51,649 bases of DNA from Gammaproteobacteria bacterium (GCA_047622345.1 JBLHOA010000002.1:1-51649), one strand, 5' to 3'. Positions 22,636 through 32,608 are shown, numbered from the stretch's first letter. Notes: generated by a model from the sequence alone, not told the origin. Made by a program: numbers and translations.

Positions 22636-23605
22636 CAATTTACAACTGGACGAAAATGGCAACCTCCGCCATTTTCTCAGTATCGAAGGTCTTAACCAAT
22701 CGATACTGAACGAAATACTCGATACTGCCGAAACCTTTACCTCAGTCTCTGACCGCACCATCAAAAAAGTTCCTATTTTGCGTGGCAAGACTGTCGCAAA
22801 CCTTTTTTTCGAGGCAAGCACGCGTACCCGCTCTACCTTTGAACTGGCCGAACAACGTCTTTCTGCCGATATTCTCAGCTTGAATGTCAGCACCTCGGCA
22901 ACGGTTAAGGGCGAATCGCTACTCGATACCATTCACAATCTTGAAGCCATGCAAATCGATATGTTTGTCATTCGCCATCAAGACAGCGGTAGTGCTTATT
23001 TTTTTGCTCAGCATGTGCGCCCCGGCGTATCGGTACTGAATGCGGGTGATGGCCAGCACGAGCACCCGACTCAGGCGATGCTTGATATGTATACGATTCG
23101 GCATTACAAGAAGGACTTCACCCAACTGCGCGTTGCTATAGTCGGAGACATTCTTCACTCCCGCGTCGCGCGTTCACAAATTCATGCACTCAATTTGCTT
23201 AATACCGCCGAGATTCGAGTAATCGCGCCACGAACGCTGTTACCGGTTGCCACTGAATCTCTGGGGGTGGCTGTTTATGAAGACCTCGAGAAAGGACTAA
23301 AAGACGTCGACGTAGTGATCATGCTGCGCCTGCAAAAAGAACGCATGCGCGGGGCATTTCTGCCCAGTGAGAAAGAGTATTTTCGAAAATACGGCCTCAC
23401 TGAAGAGCGATTGAAACTGGCTAAAGCCGATGCCATAGTGATGCATCCGGGTCCGGCAAATCGCGGCGTGGAGATTGAATCCAGCGTAATGGACGGCAAG
23501 CAATCGGTCATTCTTCAGCAGGTCAGCTTCGGCATCTCGGTGCGTATGGCGGTGATGTCGATGATCGTCGGACAGTCCGCGGCACAAACCGGAGCTGAGC
23601 GGTGA
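22625..23605 (+). CDS. pyrB: Aspartate carbamoyltransferase catalytic subunit
   Basis: [35 protein letters not shown]. Confidence 0.97.
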   Translation: MQDNNLQLDENGNLRHFLSIEGLNQSILNEILDTAETFTSVSDRTIKKVPILRGKTVANLFFEASTRTRSTFELAEQRLSADILSLNVSTSATVKGESLLDTIHNLEAMQIDMFVIRHQDSGSAYFFAQHVRPGVSVLNAGDGQHEHPTQAMLDMYTIRHYKKDFTQLRVAIVGDILHSRVARSQIHALNLLNTAEIRVIAPRTLLPVATESLGVAVYEDLEKGLKDVDVVIMLRLQKERMRGAFLPSEKEYFRKYGLTEERLKLAKADAIVMHPGPANRGVEIESSVMDGKQSVILQQVSFGISVRMAVMSMIVGQSAAQTGAER

Positions 23606-24879
23606 AAGTCTGTATCCGGGGCGGGCAGCTGGTAGACCCACAATCGAATAGCATGGTTACGGCCGACCTGTTTATCGACCAGGGTAAGATTTGCTCAATT
23701 GCCACGGCGCCGGCCGATTTTGTTGCTGATGAAGTTATCGAGGCCGATGGATTTTGGGTAATGCCCGGCATAATCGACATCCAGGCGCGTCTGCGCGACC
23801 CGGGCCAACCCGAAAAAGCCAACATACAGAGCGAAACCGAAGCCGCGATTAAAAATGGCATTACTTCGCTTTGCATCCCTCCAGATACCCAACCGGTAAT
23901 CGATAACTCGGCAACCGTCGAATTAATCCATCACCGTAACCATATGTTTGGTCAAAAGGCGCGTGTCTATCCCATCGGCGCGATTACCCGCGGCCTTGAG
24001 GGTGAGCAGTTGAGCAACATGGCGAGCCTGAAAGACAATGGTTGTATCGCTTTCAGCAATGCTACTCAACCCCTGGCCAATAATCTGGTGCAGCGCAGAG
24101 CCATGGACTATGCCAGCGGCCAGCATTCACTGGTGATCATTCAACCCATCGATCATGATCTGCAGGCAAATGGTTGCGCCCACGAAGGTGCGATTGCTAC
24201 ACGACTGGGGCTCAGTGCAATCCCTGAAGCAGCCGAAACAGCTGCACTTGCCAAGGATATAGAGCTAGTTGTACAAACCGGGGCCAGAACACATTTCGGT
24301 CAATTATCCTGTGCACGTTCGGTCGATATGATTAGGCGCGCAAAAGCCAGGGGGATACCCATTACCGCGGATTGCGCTATACATCAACTATTTCTAACCG
24401 ATCATGATATTGGTAATTTTGACAGCCTTAAACTCACTATGCCCCCGTTACGCAGTCAATACGATCGTGATGCGCTACGCGAAGGCCTGGCCGATGGCAC
24501 GCTGGACTGTATTTGCTCAGACCACCAGCCCCACGAAGTCGATGCAAAACTGCGACCCTTCCCTTCGGCCGAGCCCGGAATTAGCGGCCTCGACACATTG
24601 CTCGCACTCGGCCTTCGCCTGGTCGACGAAAAAGTTATCACGCTGCCCGAACTAATGGCCAAACTAAGCTTCAACCCGGCCTCCATTCTGGAACTTCCCG
24701 GGGGTAAATTAGCGGTTGATGAAGTTGCCGACCTGATCATCGTCGACCCACAGGCACACTGGATATGCAGGGGTTCTGAGTTTGTCTCGAAGGGTAAGAA
24801 CACCGCCTTCGAAGGTTGGGACTTTAATGGCCGGGTGCGGCGCACCCTGATCGATGGAAAAACCGTCTTTCAGGTCTAA
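23602..24879 (+). CDS. pyrC: Dihydroorotase-like protein, probably the inactive PyrC' subunit of a class A ATCase
   Basis: Amidohydrolase fold (PPLR, SDHQPH), but the metal-binding DxHxH reads DIQAR; overlaps pyrB by 4 nt. Confidence 0.88.
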   Translation: MKVCIRGGQLVDPQSNSMVTADLFIDQGKICSIATAPADFVADEVIEADGFWVMPGIIDIQARLRDPGQPEKANIQSETEAAIKNGITSLCIPPDTQPVIDNSATVELIHHRNHMFGQKARVYPIGAITRGLEGEQLSNMASLKDNGCIAFSNATQPLANNLVQRRAMDYASGQHSLVIIQPIDHDLQANGCAHEGAIATRLGLSAIPEAAETAALAKDIELVVQTGARTHFGQLSCARSVDMIRRAKARGIPITADCAIHQLFLTDHDIGNFDSLKLTMPPLRSQYDRDALREGLADGTLDCICSDHQPHEVDAKLRPFPSAEPGISGLDTLLALGLRLVDEKVITLPELMAKLSFNPASILELPGGKLAVDEVADLIIVDPQAHWICRGSEFVSKGKNTAFEGWDFNGRVRRTLIDGKTVFQV

Positions 24880-24913
24880 GTAGTCGTTCTATGCAAAACA
24901 GTAAGGCATTGCC

Positions 24914-26074
24914 CTAGTCTTCTTCAGACGGTAAAGACAGTTCTTCGAGGTCACCCTGCTGATTGAGATTATGCCGGGTATCCTGCGTTTTCTGCTCACC
25001 ACCGAAGTTGATTTTCCATTCAAGATTAGTGCTCGAATCGGCGTAGGCCAAGGCGGATTTAATGGTGATTTGATCCGATTTATAAAGATTGAATAAAGAT
25101 TGGTCGAAGGTTTGCATTCCCGTCGAATCCCCCTTCTCCATAATTTCCTTTATTTCATTGAAATTACCGTCGCGCAGCAATTCAGATATATACGGCGTAT
25201 TCATCATGATTTCCACCGCGCAGGCGAGCTTGCCGTCCATCCCGGGAACCAGCCGTTGTGAAATTACCGCTTTCAGGTTGAGCGACAAATCCATCAATAA
25301 CTGTTCACGCATATCGGATGGAAACATATTCATAATCCGGTCCATCGCCTGATTTGAGTTAACCGCATGCAGCGTGGTCAGACACAAATGTCCGGTATCG
25401 GCAAAATTTATCGCGGCCTTCATCGTTTCCGAATCACGCGCCTCACCAATCATGATGACTTCAGGTGCTTCGCGCAGGGCTTCTCGCAGGGCGTTTTGAT
25501 AACTGAGTGTATCTATGCCCACCTCGCGTTGCGAGATGATCGATTTATTGTGCTTGAAGACGAATTCGATCGGATCTTCGATGGTTAAAATATGCCCACC
25601 GACACTCTTGTTTCGATGATTGAGCATCGATGCCAGCGTCGTTGATTTACCCGAACCGGTTGATCCCACCACCAACACCATTCCGTTTTTATTCATCACG
25701 ATATCTTTCAGAACTGGTGGTAGACCAAGTTCATCAATTGATGGAATTTCCCATTTGATATAGCGGATGACCATCGACACTTCGGAGCGCTGGACAAAGA
25801 TGTTGACCCGGAAACGGCCGACATCACTCAGCGTAAAACCCAGATTTAGCTCATGATTAATTTCAAAGTCGCGCACCTGTTCGTCGTTTAACAAACTATA
25901 GGCAAGCTTTTGCACCTGACCGCCCTGAAAAGGGTTTTTTGCAATCGCCGTGGTGTGCCCCTGGGTTTTCATATTGGGCGGAGCGCCGGTAACAAAAAAC
26001 AGATCTGAGGCCTGCTTTTCGACCATTATTTTCAAATAAGGCTCAAGCAGGTTAGTGGTGGGTTCGCGACTCAT
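24914..26074 (-). CDS. Second PilU-like type IV pilus retraction ATPase
   Basis: ASDLF, GRFRVNIF, Walker A GSTGSGKSTT, TIEDPIE, IMIGEARD, TGHLCLTTLHA, GMQTFDQSL. Confidence 0.9.
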   Translation of the reverse strand: MSREPTTNLLEPYLKIMVEKQASDLFFVTGAPPNMKTQGHTTAIAKNPFQGGQVQKLAYSLLNDEQVRDFEINHELNLGFTLSDVGRFRVNIFVQRSEVSMVIRYIKWEIPSIDELGLPPVLKDIVMNKNGMVLVVGSTGSGKSTTLASMLNHRNKSVGGHILTIEDPIEFVFKHNKSIISQREVGIDTLSYQNALREALREAPEVIMIGEARDSETMKAAINFADTGHLCLTTLHAVNSNQAMDRIMNMFPSDMREQLLMDLSLNLKAVISQRLVPGMDGKLACAVEIMMNTPYISELLRDGNFNEIKEIMEKGDSTGMQTFDQSLFNLYKSDQITIKSALAYADSSTNLEWKINFGGEQKTQDTRHNLNQQGDLEELSLPSEED

Positions 26075-26168
26075 TGAAAGACCTCAGTAATTTTGAGTAA
26101 ACCGAAGTCAACGGTGGTGAGCGGTAGCAATGCCCCACCATTTTGATCAAGGTTCAATCCCGAGCGCA

Positions 26169-27338
26169 CTAGATCATACCCCCGGGGGAACTATCATCGG
26201 ATTCTTCGAGCTCGAAATCACGATGGTCTTCTACGATGCCCGTCTTACGCGCGGTATCACTTTCCAGTTTAATGCGTAGTCGTATATCGTTCACCGAATC
26301 AGCATTTCGAAGTGCATCTTCAAAGGTTATTTTCTCTTCTTCGAATAAATCAAATAACGCCTGATCAAAGGTTTGCATTCCAGCTTCATTTGATTTGGCA
26401 ATCAAGGACTTCATTTCGTGCACGTCACCCTTGAAGATCAGATCGGCCATCAATGGGGTATTCAGCATAACTTCAATCGCCGGGATTCGTCCGACGCCGT
26501 CAATTTTCGGAATCAAACGCTGCGAGATCAAACCTTTCAGATTGAGCGACAGGTCCATCAGCAACTGCATACGTCGCTCATCCGGAAAAAAGTTAATAAT
26601 TCGATCGAGTGCCTGATTGGTACTGTTTGCGTGTAATGTAGACAGACATAAATGACCGGTTTCGGCAAATGCTATGGCGTGTTCCATCGTTTCGCGGTCA
26701 CGAATTTCGCCGATCAGAATAACGTCGGGGGCCTGACGCAGTGTATTTTTCAGCGCGATTTCGTAGGTTTCGGTATCGACCCCTACTTCGCGCTGAGTAA
26801 CCAGGCAATTTTCATGGTCGTGGACAAATTCAACCGGGTCTTCAATGGTAATAATATGGCCATGACTGTTTTTGTTACGATAATTGACCATCGATGCCAA
26901 GGATGTCGACTTACCCGAACCGGTACCCCCGACAAAAATAACCAGGCCACGCTTGGTCATCGCAATATCTTTTAGCACCGGTGGAAGGCTCAACTCTTCG
27001 AAACTTGGAATGATGGAATTGATAATCCGCAGTACCATTCCCGAGCTTCCACGCTGCACAAAGGCGTTAACACGAAAACGGGCGACACCGGGAAGGGCTA
27101 TAGAAAAGTTACATTCCTGTTTTTCTTCAAACTCAGACACCTGCTTATCGTTCATTATCGACCGCGTCAGCATCTGTGTGTGATTGGGCGATAATTTCTG
27201 CTTCGAAACCGTGGTCACCTTACCGTCAATTTTCATCGCCGGCGGAGAACCCGTAGTGATAAACAAATCTGAGCCGTCTTTACTCACCATCATACGGAGC
27301 AAATCATGCATGAAACTTATTGCCTTATTACGATCCAT
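26169..27338 (-). CDS. pilU: Type IV pilus retraction ATPase PilU
   Basis: GGTGSGKSTS, KNTLRQAPDVILIGEIRD, HANSTNQALDRIINFFP, NADSVNDIRLRIKL. Confidence 0.95.
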   Translation of the reverse strand: MDRNKAISFMHDLLRMMVSKDGSDLFITTGSPPAMKIDGKVTTVSKQKLSPNHTQMLTRSIMNDKQVSEFEEKQECNFSIALPGVARFRVNAFVQRGSSGMVLRIINSIIPSFEELSLPPVLKDIAMTKRGLVIFVGGTGSGKSTSLASMVNYRNKNSHGHIITIEDPVEFVHDHENCLVTQREVGVDTETYEIALKNTLRQAPDVILIGEIRDRETMEHAIAFAETGHLCLSTLHANSTNQALDRIINFFPDERRMQLLMDLSLNLKGLISQRLIPKIDGVGRIPAIEVMLNTPLMADLIFKGDVHEMKSLIAKSNEAGMQTFDQALFDLFEEEKITFEDALRNADSVNDIRLRIKLESDTARKTGIVEDHRDFELEESDDSSPGGMI

Positions 27339-27368
27339 TGCTTATTCCCGTGTTTCGCAGCGGTTAGA

Positions 27369-28403
27369 TTATAAAGAATCCGGATTAGCGGCTTTTTTCT
27401 TAGCTTCTTCCTTGGCGACCAAACCCTGGCCCAATAAAGTTTTCAAATTTTGATCCAGGGTCTGCATGCCGACATTTTGCCCAGTTTGAATCGCCGAATA
27501 CATTTGTGCAATCTTGTCTTCACGAATCAGGTTACGAATGGCCGGTGTTCCGATCATGATTTCGTGGGCAGCAACCCGCCCACCGCCGATTTTCTTCAAA
27601 AGGGTCTGCGAGATAACCGCTTTAAGTGATTCTGACAACATCGAACGCACCATCGCCTTTTCGGCTGCTGGAAACACGTCGACTATCCGGTCGATCGTCT
27701 TTGCCGCCGAACTGGTATGCAGAGTTCCAAACACCAGGTGTCCGGTCTCGGCCGCGGACAAAGCCAGCCTGATAGTTTCCAGATCACGCATCTCGCCGAC
27801 CAGTATGGTATCGAGGTCTTCACGAAGCGCCGAACGCAAGGCCTCGCTGAAGCCGAGTGTGTCGCGGTGTACTTCGCGTTGATTGACCAGACAACGCTTA
27901 CTTTCATGAACAAATTCTATCGGGTCTTCTACGGTAAGAATATGGCCATATTCAGTGTCATTCTTGTAATCAACCATACCCGCCAGGGTGGTCGATTTTC
28001 CCGACCCGGTTGGCCCGGTCACCAGCACTATGCCGCGCGGATATTCTGATATTTCCTCGAAAATCTTGGGCGCGCCCAGATCGCCAAGGCTTAAAATCTT
28101 GGAAGGTATGGTTCGAAATACAGCACCGGCACCCCGATTGTGATTAAAGGCATTGACTCTAAATCGAGCCAGACCGGGTATTTCAAACGAGAAATCCGTT
28201 TCCAGAAACTCTTCGTAATCCTTACGCTGTTTATCACTCATGATGTCATAAATCATGTCGTGAACCTGTTTGTGATCCATTTCGGGCACATTAATCCTGC
28301 GTATATCGCCGTCGACCCGGATCATCGGCGGTAGCCCCGCAGAAAGATGCAAATCGGAGGCGCCCTGTTTAACGCCAAAGGCAAGGAGTTGCGCTATATC
28401 CAT
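27369..28403 (-). CDS. pilT: Type IV pilus retraction ATPase PilT
   Basis: MDIAQLLAF..KQGASDLHLSAG, GPTGSGKSTT, AIRNLIRE motif; 344 aa. Confidence 0.97.
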   Translation of the reverse strand: MDIAQLLAFGVKQGASDLHLSAGLPPMIRVDGDIRRINVPEMDHKQVHDMIYDIMSDKQRKDYEEFLETDFSFEIPGLARFRVNAFNHNRGAGAVFRTIPSKILSLGDLGAPKIFEEISEYPRGIVLVTGPTGSGKSTTLAGMVDYKNDTEYGHILTVEDPIEFVHESKRCLVNQREVHRDTLGFSEALRSALREDLDTILVGEMRDLETIRLALSAAETGHLVFGTLHTSSAAKTIDRIVDVFPAAEKAMVRSMLSESLKAVISQTLLKKIGGGRVAAHEIMIGTPAIRNLIREDKIAQMYSAIQTGQNVGMQTLDQNLKTLLGQGLVAKEEAKKKAANPDSL

Positions 28404-28491
28404 GGAATTTCCTTCAAATGAGAATCGGTTATTAAAATTTTCACAGGTTTATGGTGAACTCTGCAGTTTTACGTTACGGCACGAGGCCAAA

Positions 28492-28505
28492 CGAATTATA
28501 ATTCG
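28492..28505. promoter_or_regulatory. Perfect 14-bp palindrome carrying TATAAT on both strands between divergent pilT and yggS
   Basis: CGAATTATAATTCG; TATAAT at 28497-28502 (+) and 28495-28500 (-). Matching -35 boxes are weak. Confidence 0.45.
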
Positions 28506-28590
28506 GACTATCTTGCACTTTTAAATTGCGTCGCTTTTCCACCGACAGTCCGAATAGCGTTATTTGTTGGGCTAAACTATAGCAAACCCT

Positions 28591-29274
28591 ATGCAGAACA
28601 TCGAAAAAAATCTCAGCCATTTACAAAGCCTGATTGAAACCGACGCAAACAAATATGGGCGCCAGGCAAATTCAATTTTGCTACTCGCGGTAAGCAAGAA
28701 AATGCCGGCGGACGCAATACGAGCCGCGCAGCGGCTTGGACAACGTGATTTCGGCGAAAACTATTTGCAGGAAGCTCTCGAAAAGATCGATGAATTAGGG
28801 AAGCTTGACCTGATCTGGCACTTTATCGGCGCAATTCAATCCAATAAAACACGTAATATCGCGGAGAACTTCGCCTGGGTACATTGCGTTGACCGGCTCA
28901 AAATCGCGCAACGACTAAGCGAGCAACGACCGGCATCACTGCCGGCTTTGAACGTCTGCATCCAGGTCAACCTGGATGACGAGGCCGGTAAAGCTGGCAT
29001 TCCTGTCGACCAGATCCAGGAACTGGCCGCCTCGATTAGTCCGTTGAAAAACATTCGCCTGCGTGGATTGATGGCGATACCGGAAAAACGCAGCGATATT
29101 TCAGCCCAGCGTGAAGCCTTTGCCCGGCTCAGAACTGCACTTCAGGAGCTACAACAACAGGGTCTTAATTGCGACACCTTGTCGATGGGAATGAGTGGAG
29201 ACCTTGAGGCAGCGATTGCAGAAGGTTCGACACTGGTTAGAATAGGCACAGCTATATTCGGGGAAAGGACATGA
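28591..29274 (+). CDS. yggS: PLP homeostasis protein YggS
   Basis: LLAVSK, FGENYLQE, WHFIG.IQSNK, LSMGMSGD, VRIGTAIFG. Confidence 0.96.
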   Translation: MQNIEKNLSHLQSLIETDANKYGRQANSILLLAVSKKMPADAIRAAQRLGQRDFGENYLQEALEKIDELGKLDLIWHFIGAIQSNKTRNIAENFAWVHCVDRLKIAQRLSEQRPASLPALNVCIQVNLDDEAGKAGIPVDQIQELAASISPLKNIRLRGLMAIPEKRSDISAQREAFARLRTALQELQQQGLNCDTLSMGMSGDLEAAIAEGSTLVRIGTAIFGERT

Positions 29275-30089
29275 GTCAGAAAATTTGTTTTGTCGGCGGC
29301 GGCAACATGGCTGCCAGTTTGATCGGAGGGTTGATTGCTGATCAATATAGCCCCGAGGATATTTGCGCCAGCGATATCGATCAGCAGCAATTGGCCAGTC
29401 TAAGCGATCGATTTGGTATCGAAACTTCGACTGACAACATTGAACTGGCTTCTTCGTCCGACGTAATAGTGCTGGCGATCAAGCCACAAGTGATGCGTGA
29501 GGTCTGTGAAAATCTGTCGATGCTTGGCACCAGTTCGAAACAACTATTCATCAGCATCGCCGCCGGAGTGCCGGCAACTGCCATCGATAAATGGCTCGGA
29601 GCAAACCGTCCAATCGTGCGCTGTATGCCCAATACCCCGGCGTTGTTACAACTGGGTGCGAGCGGCCTGTTTGCCAATGCCAGGGTCGATGCAGAGCAGA
29701 AAGAGCTGGCACTGCAGATAATGCAGGCTGTGGGTATCGGTTTGTGGGTGGACAGCGAAGATCAACTCGATGCAGTAACGGCTATATCCGGCAGCGGGCC
29801 AGCCTATTTCTTTTATTTTATTGAACTGCTGGTAGCTGCCGGAACGAAACTGGGCTTACCGGCCGACACTGCCGCAAAGCTGGCGCGGCAAACCGCACTC
29901 GGCGCGGCAAACATGGCCATCGATGGCGACGTCGTCGAACTTCGCGCGCAAGTGACCTCAAAAAAAGGAACAACCGAACAAGCCATTCTTTCATTTCAGC
30001 GCAACCACCTCGATCAACTGGTTAACCAGGCAACCGAAGCTGCCCGGCACCGATCGCAGGAACTGGCTGAAGAATTGACCAAACCCTGA
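29271..30089 (+). CDS. proC: Pyrroline-5-carboxylate reductase
   Basis: GGGNMA, RCMPNTP, SGSGPAY, VTSKKGTT. Confidence 0.96.
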   Translation: MSQKICFVGGGNMAASLIGGLIADQYSPEDICASDIDQQQLASLSDRFGIETSTDNIELASSSDVIVLAIKPQVMREVCENLSMLGTSSKQLFISIAAGVPATAIDKWLGANRPIVRCMPNTPALLQLGASGLFANARVDAEQKELALQIMQAVGIGLWVDSEDQLDAVTAISGSGPAYFFYFIELLVAAGTKLGLPADTAAKLARQTALGAANMAIDGDVVELRAQVTSKKGTTEQAILSFQRNHLDQLVNQATEAARHRSQELAEELTKP

Positions 30090-30097
30090 GTAAAACA

Positions 30098-30703
30098 ATG
30101 AATTCAAGCTATCTCATTTCACCGTTTATGTTGATCATTAACACCCTGTTCGACCTGTATGTTCTGTTGGTGTTATTGCGTTTTTTATTACAATTGCTGC
30201 GCGCCGACTTTTACAACCCGGTATCCCAGTTTATTGTCAAAGTGACCGCGGCCCCGCTGAAGATTTTGCGGCGCTTCATTCCAAGTATTGCGGGCCAGGA
30301 TAGCGCCTCAATTGTTCTGTGCCTGTCGATCATTTACCTGAAATTCATCATTCTGCGCGCCCTTTCGATTCCCGCGGTTCAAATCGGCGCCGCGGTAGCT
30401 CCGATCGGCGGAGTCAGCTATGCCGGTCTATTCGTCATCAGCATCGCCGACCTGGTTGCGCTGACGATGACCGTCTTCCTGATCGCTATCATCATCCAGG
30501 TTATCCTGAGCTGGATTAGCCCGGGCCAATATAATCCCGTAATCGGGCTGGTTCAGAAAATTGCCAGTCCGGTGCTCAAACCTATAAAGAAATTAATCCC
30601 GTCGATTGGTGGGCTGGATTTGTCACCGCTGCTCGCGACGCTGGCATTGATGGTTGCCAAGATGCTCATCATTCCACCGCTGGTCCTGCTCGGCAGCTTT
30701 TGA
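30098..30703 (+). CDS. yggT: YggT family membrane protein
   Basis: RADFYNPVSQF, ILSW, GGLDLSP; follows yggS-proC. Confidence 0.92.
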   Translation: MNSSYLISPFMLIINTLFDLYVLLVLLRFLLQLLRADFYNPVSQFIVKVTAAPLKILRRFIPSIAGQDSASIVLCLSIIYLKFIILRALSIPAVQIGAAVAPIGGVSYAGLFVISIADLVALTMTVFLIAIIIQVILSWISPGQYNPVIGLVQKIASPVLKPIKKLIPSIGGLDLSPLLATLALMVAKMLIIPPLVLLGSF

Positions 30704-30712
30704 TTGCTTACA

Positions 30713-31156
30713 TCATTCTTCGGCTTTATGGCGTGCTTGAATGAATTCAGCATGCGAGAGATACAGCAGTTCGGCTACCTGACGAATCAAATGTTCTTCG
30801 TAATGATCTTTTTCGCCATCCGCGTAAATCAGCTGCCACAGCATTTCAACTACCCGAAGCTTCATTGCATGATCAAAATTCTCATTCAACAATCGGGTTA
30901 TGTGTTGCAGCGAAATCAGCTTGTCGGCACCTTCGACCGCCTGCTCCAGCAGGGCTGTCAATTCATCTTCGTCGAGCTGAAATTGTTCGCGCAGCAATTG
31001 TTTCAAACGGGCGATTTCGACGTCCTGAACAATAAAATCGGCTCTAATCGTTTCCACCATCAAGGTCGCCGTAGCCACTCGCAGTGCATGCTCAAGATCG
31101 ACGGGTGACAGTTCTTCCCGCTTCACCTGTAGAAATTTAAGCAGTATTTTTTTCAT
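30713..31156 (-). CDS. TerB-family (tellurite resistance / DjlA N-terminal-like) protein
   Basis: ATATLMVE..RAD, LWQLIYADG..DHYEEHLIRQVAELL..SH.EFIQAR. Confidence 0.8.
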   Translation of the reverse strand: MKKILLKFLQVKREELSPVDLEHALRVATATLMVETIRADFIVQDVEIARLKQLLREQFQLDEDELTALLEQAVEGADKLISLQHITRLLNENFDHAMKLRVVEMLWQLIYADGEKDHYEEHLIRQVAELLYLSHAEFIQARHKAEE

Positions 31157-31247
31157 AGTTATTTTTCATCATAAGTTAAATATTAATTGTAGGATTGGGT
31201 GAAGCTATGCCAGAATCTGCTTCCCCTTTTTATCGTTTGAAACCGAC

Positions 31248-32177
31248 ATGACTCTCACCGAATTACGATACATTGTCGCGGTAGCGCAAAAAAATCACTT
31301 TGGTAAAGCAGCCAAGTCCTGTTTTGTCAGCCAACCCACCCTCAGTATCGCGATCAAGAAACTCGAAGAGGAGCTAGGTATTCGTCTGTTTGAACGCAGC
31401 TCTAAAAACGAAATTCGCATCACTGAAATCGGACAACAGGTCATCAATCAGGCGCAAATCGTTCTGCAGGAAGCGCAGATTCTAGCCGAAATAGCGCAAC
31501 AGGGTAAAGACCCACTGCGGGGTCAGTTCAAACTTGGCGTAATCTACACCATCGGCCCGTATTTGCTACCCAGCCTGATTCCCAAACTGCGCGTCAATGT
31601 GCCGGATTTAAAGCTGATTATCGAAGAAAATTTTACCGCCAATCTTTTCCAGTCACTGAAACAGGGCTCGTTAGACGCGATTATTATTTCCTATCCGTTT
31701 GACGAGCCCGGCATCGAGACAGCCCCGCTTTATGACGAACCATTTGTCGTAGCCATACCCCAATCCCACGAATGGAAAGATCGCGACTTCATCCCTCCCG
31801 CGGATCTGACCGGGCAGGATTTAATGCTATTGGGCGCGGGCCACTGTTTTCGGGACCAGGTGATTAAGGCCTGCCCTAACTGCATGGCCGGTAACAGCGA
31901 CCTAACCCGCACGCTTGAGGGAGGCTCGCTGGAAACCATACGCCACATGGTTGCCGCGGGCACCGGAATTACAGTCCTGCCGCGTACCAGTGTCCTACAA
32001 AGTCAGCAACACGAGTCATTGATTAAAACTATTCCATTCGCCGATCCAGCACCGGTCCGTACCGTCGCTATCGCCTGGCGCAAACACTTTCCAAGAAAAG
32101 AAGCCATTGCAATAATCCGCGACACGATTCAATCAACCCCTCTGGAAGGGGTGAACATTGTGGGTGCGGTAGCATGA
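31248..32177 (+). CDS. oxyR: Hydrogen peroxide sensor OxyR (LysR family)
   Basis: MTLTELRYIVAVA..HFGKAA..CFVSQPTLS HTH; redox cysteines GHCFRDQVIKACPNC; SLETIRHMVA. Confidence 0.93.
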   Translation: MTLTELRYIVAVAQKNHFGKAAKSCFVSQPTLSIAIKKLEEELGIRLFERSSKNEIRITEIGQQVINQAQIVLQEAQILAEIAQQGKDPLRGQFKLGVIYTIGPYLLPSLIPKLRVNVPDLKLIIEENFTANLFQSLKQGSLDAIIISYPFDEPGIETAPLYDEPFVVAIPQSHEWKDRDFIPPADLTGQDLMLLGAGHCFRDQVIKACPNCMAGNSDLTRTLEGGSLETIRHMVAAGTGITVLPRTSVLQSQQHESLIKTIPFADPAPVRTVAIAWRKHFPRKEAIAIIRDTIQSTPLEGVNIVGAVA

Positions 32178-32488
32178 TTGAAGAACTTATCAAACAGGAT
32201 CAGGAATTAACCCGCGCCAAAATCAACAGTGAAACTGCAAAAATCGCCTGGAGCGAACTGCAACGTCATTTCGCTTCCGGAAATATGCTGTTTGTCAGTG
32301 CCCAGCTCGACCTGGTCGAAGTTGCCTTTGCCTTTCATGAAGACGATGCACAAGCGGTCGAACAATGGATGTCCGCAGGCTCGCTGTCGCCTGCCAATGA
32401 TGAACAGGCCAGAAACTGGTACCAGCAGGATAGTTCGATTTGGGCCGTAGTGGTCAAACCATGGGTTCTGGTGCAGGACGTCAAGTAA
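32174..32488 (+). CDS. DUF2288-like protein
   Basis: ETAKIAWSELQRHFASG...LDLVEVA...WAVVVKPWVLVQ; overlaps oxyR by 4 nt (ATGA). Confidence 0.8.
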   Translation: MIEELIKQDQELTRAKINSETAKIAWSELQRHFASGNMLFVSAQLDLVEVAFAFHEDDAQAVEQWMSAGSLSPANDEQARNWYQQDSSIWAVVVKPWVLVQDVK

Positions 32489-32519
32489 AAGCGCGGCGCT
32501 TTGCCGAAGCGCTTTACTT
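32483..32519 (+). terminator. Stem-loop after oxyR-DUF2288, possible terminator
   Basis: AAGTAAAAGCGC pairs with GCGCTTTACTT (one bulge) around an inner GGC-GCTTT-GCC; no long U tract follows. Confidence 0.45.
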
Positions 32520-32608
32520 ATGGCCATCTAACTTATCGAATCATCGCTATGATGACACCGGAATACTGGTGTAGAATTGCGCGGCTTCCCTGATACACTC
32601 CAACTACC

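Noticed and set aside
22252-22932. 226-aa antisense ORF over pyrR/pyrB, and the many other 60-140 aa nested or antisense ORFs
   Set aside because: They shadow well-supported genes, have the Ser/Ile/Phe-rich composition typical of antisense frames, and show no recognisable motifs.
28404-28590. c-di-GMP-I riboswitch upstream of pilT (minus strand has GGAAAAGCGACGCAA)
   Set aside because: The upstream GYAAA element, the tetraloop stem and the receptor stem are missing; partial resemblance only.
30704-31108. 134-aa plus-strand ORF directly after yggT
   Set aside because: It is antisense to the TerB-like gene, which carries clear family motifs.
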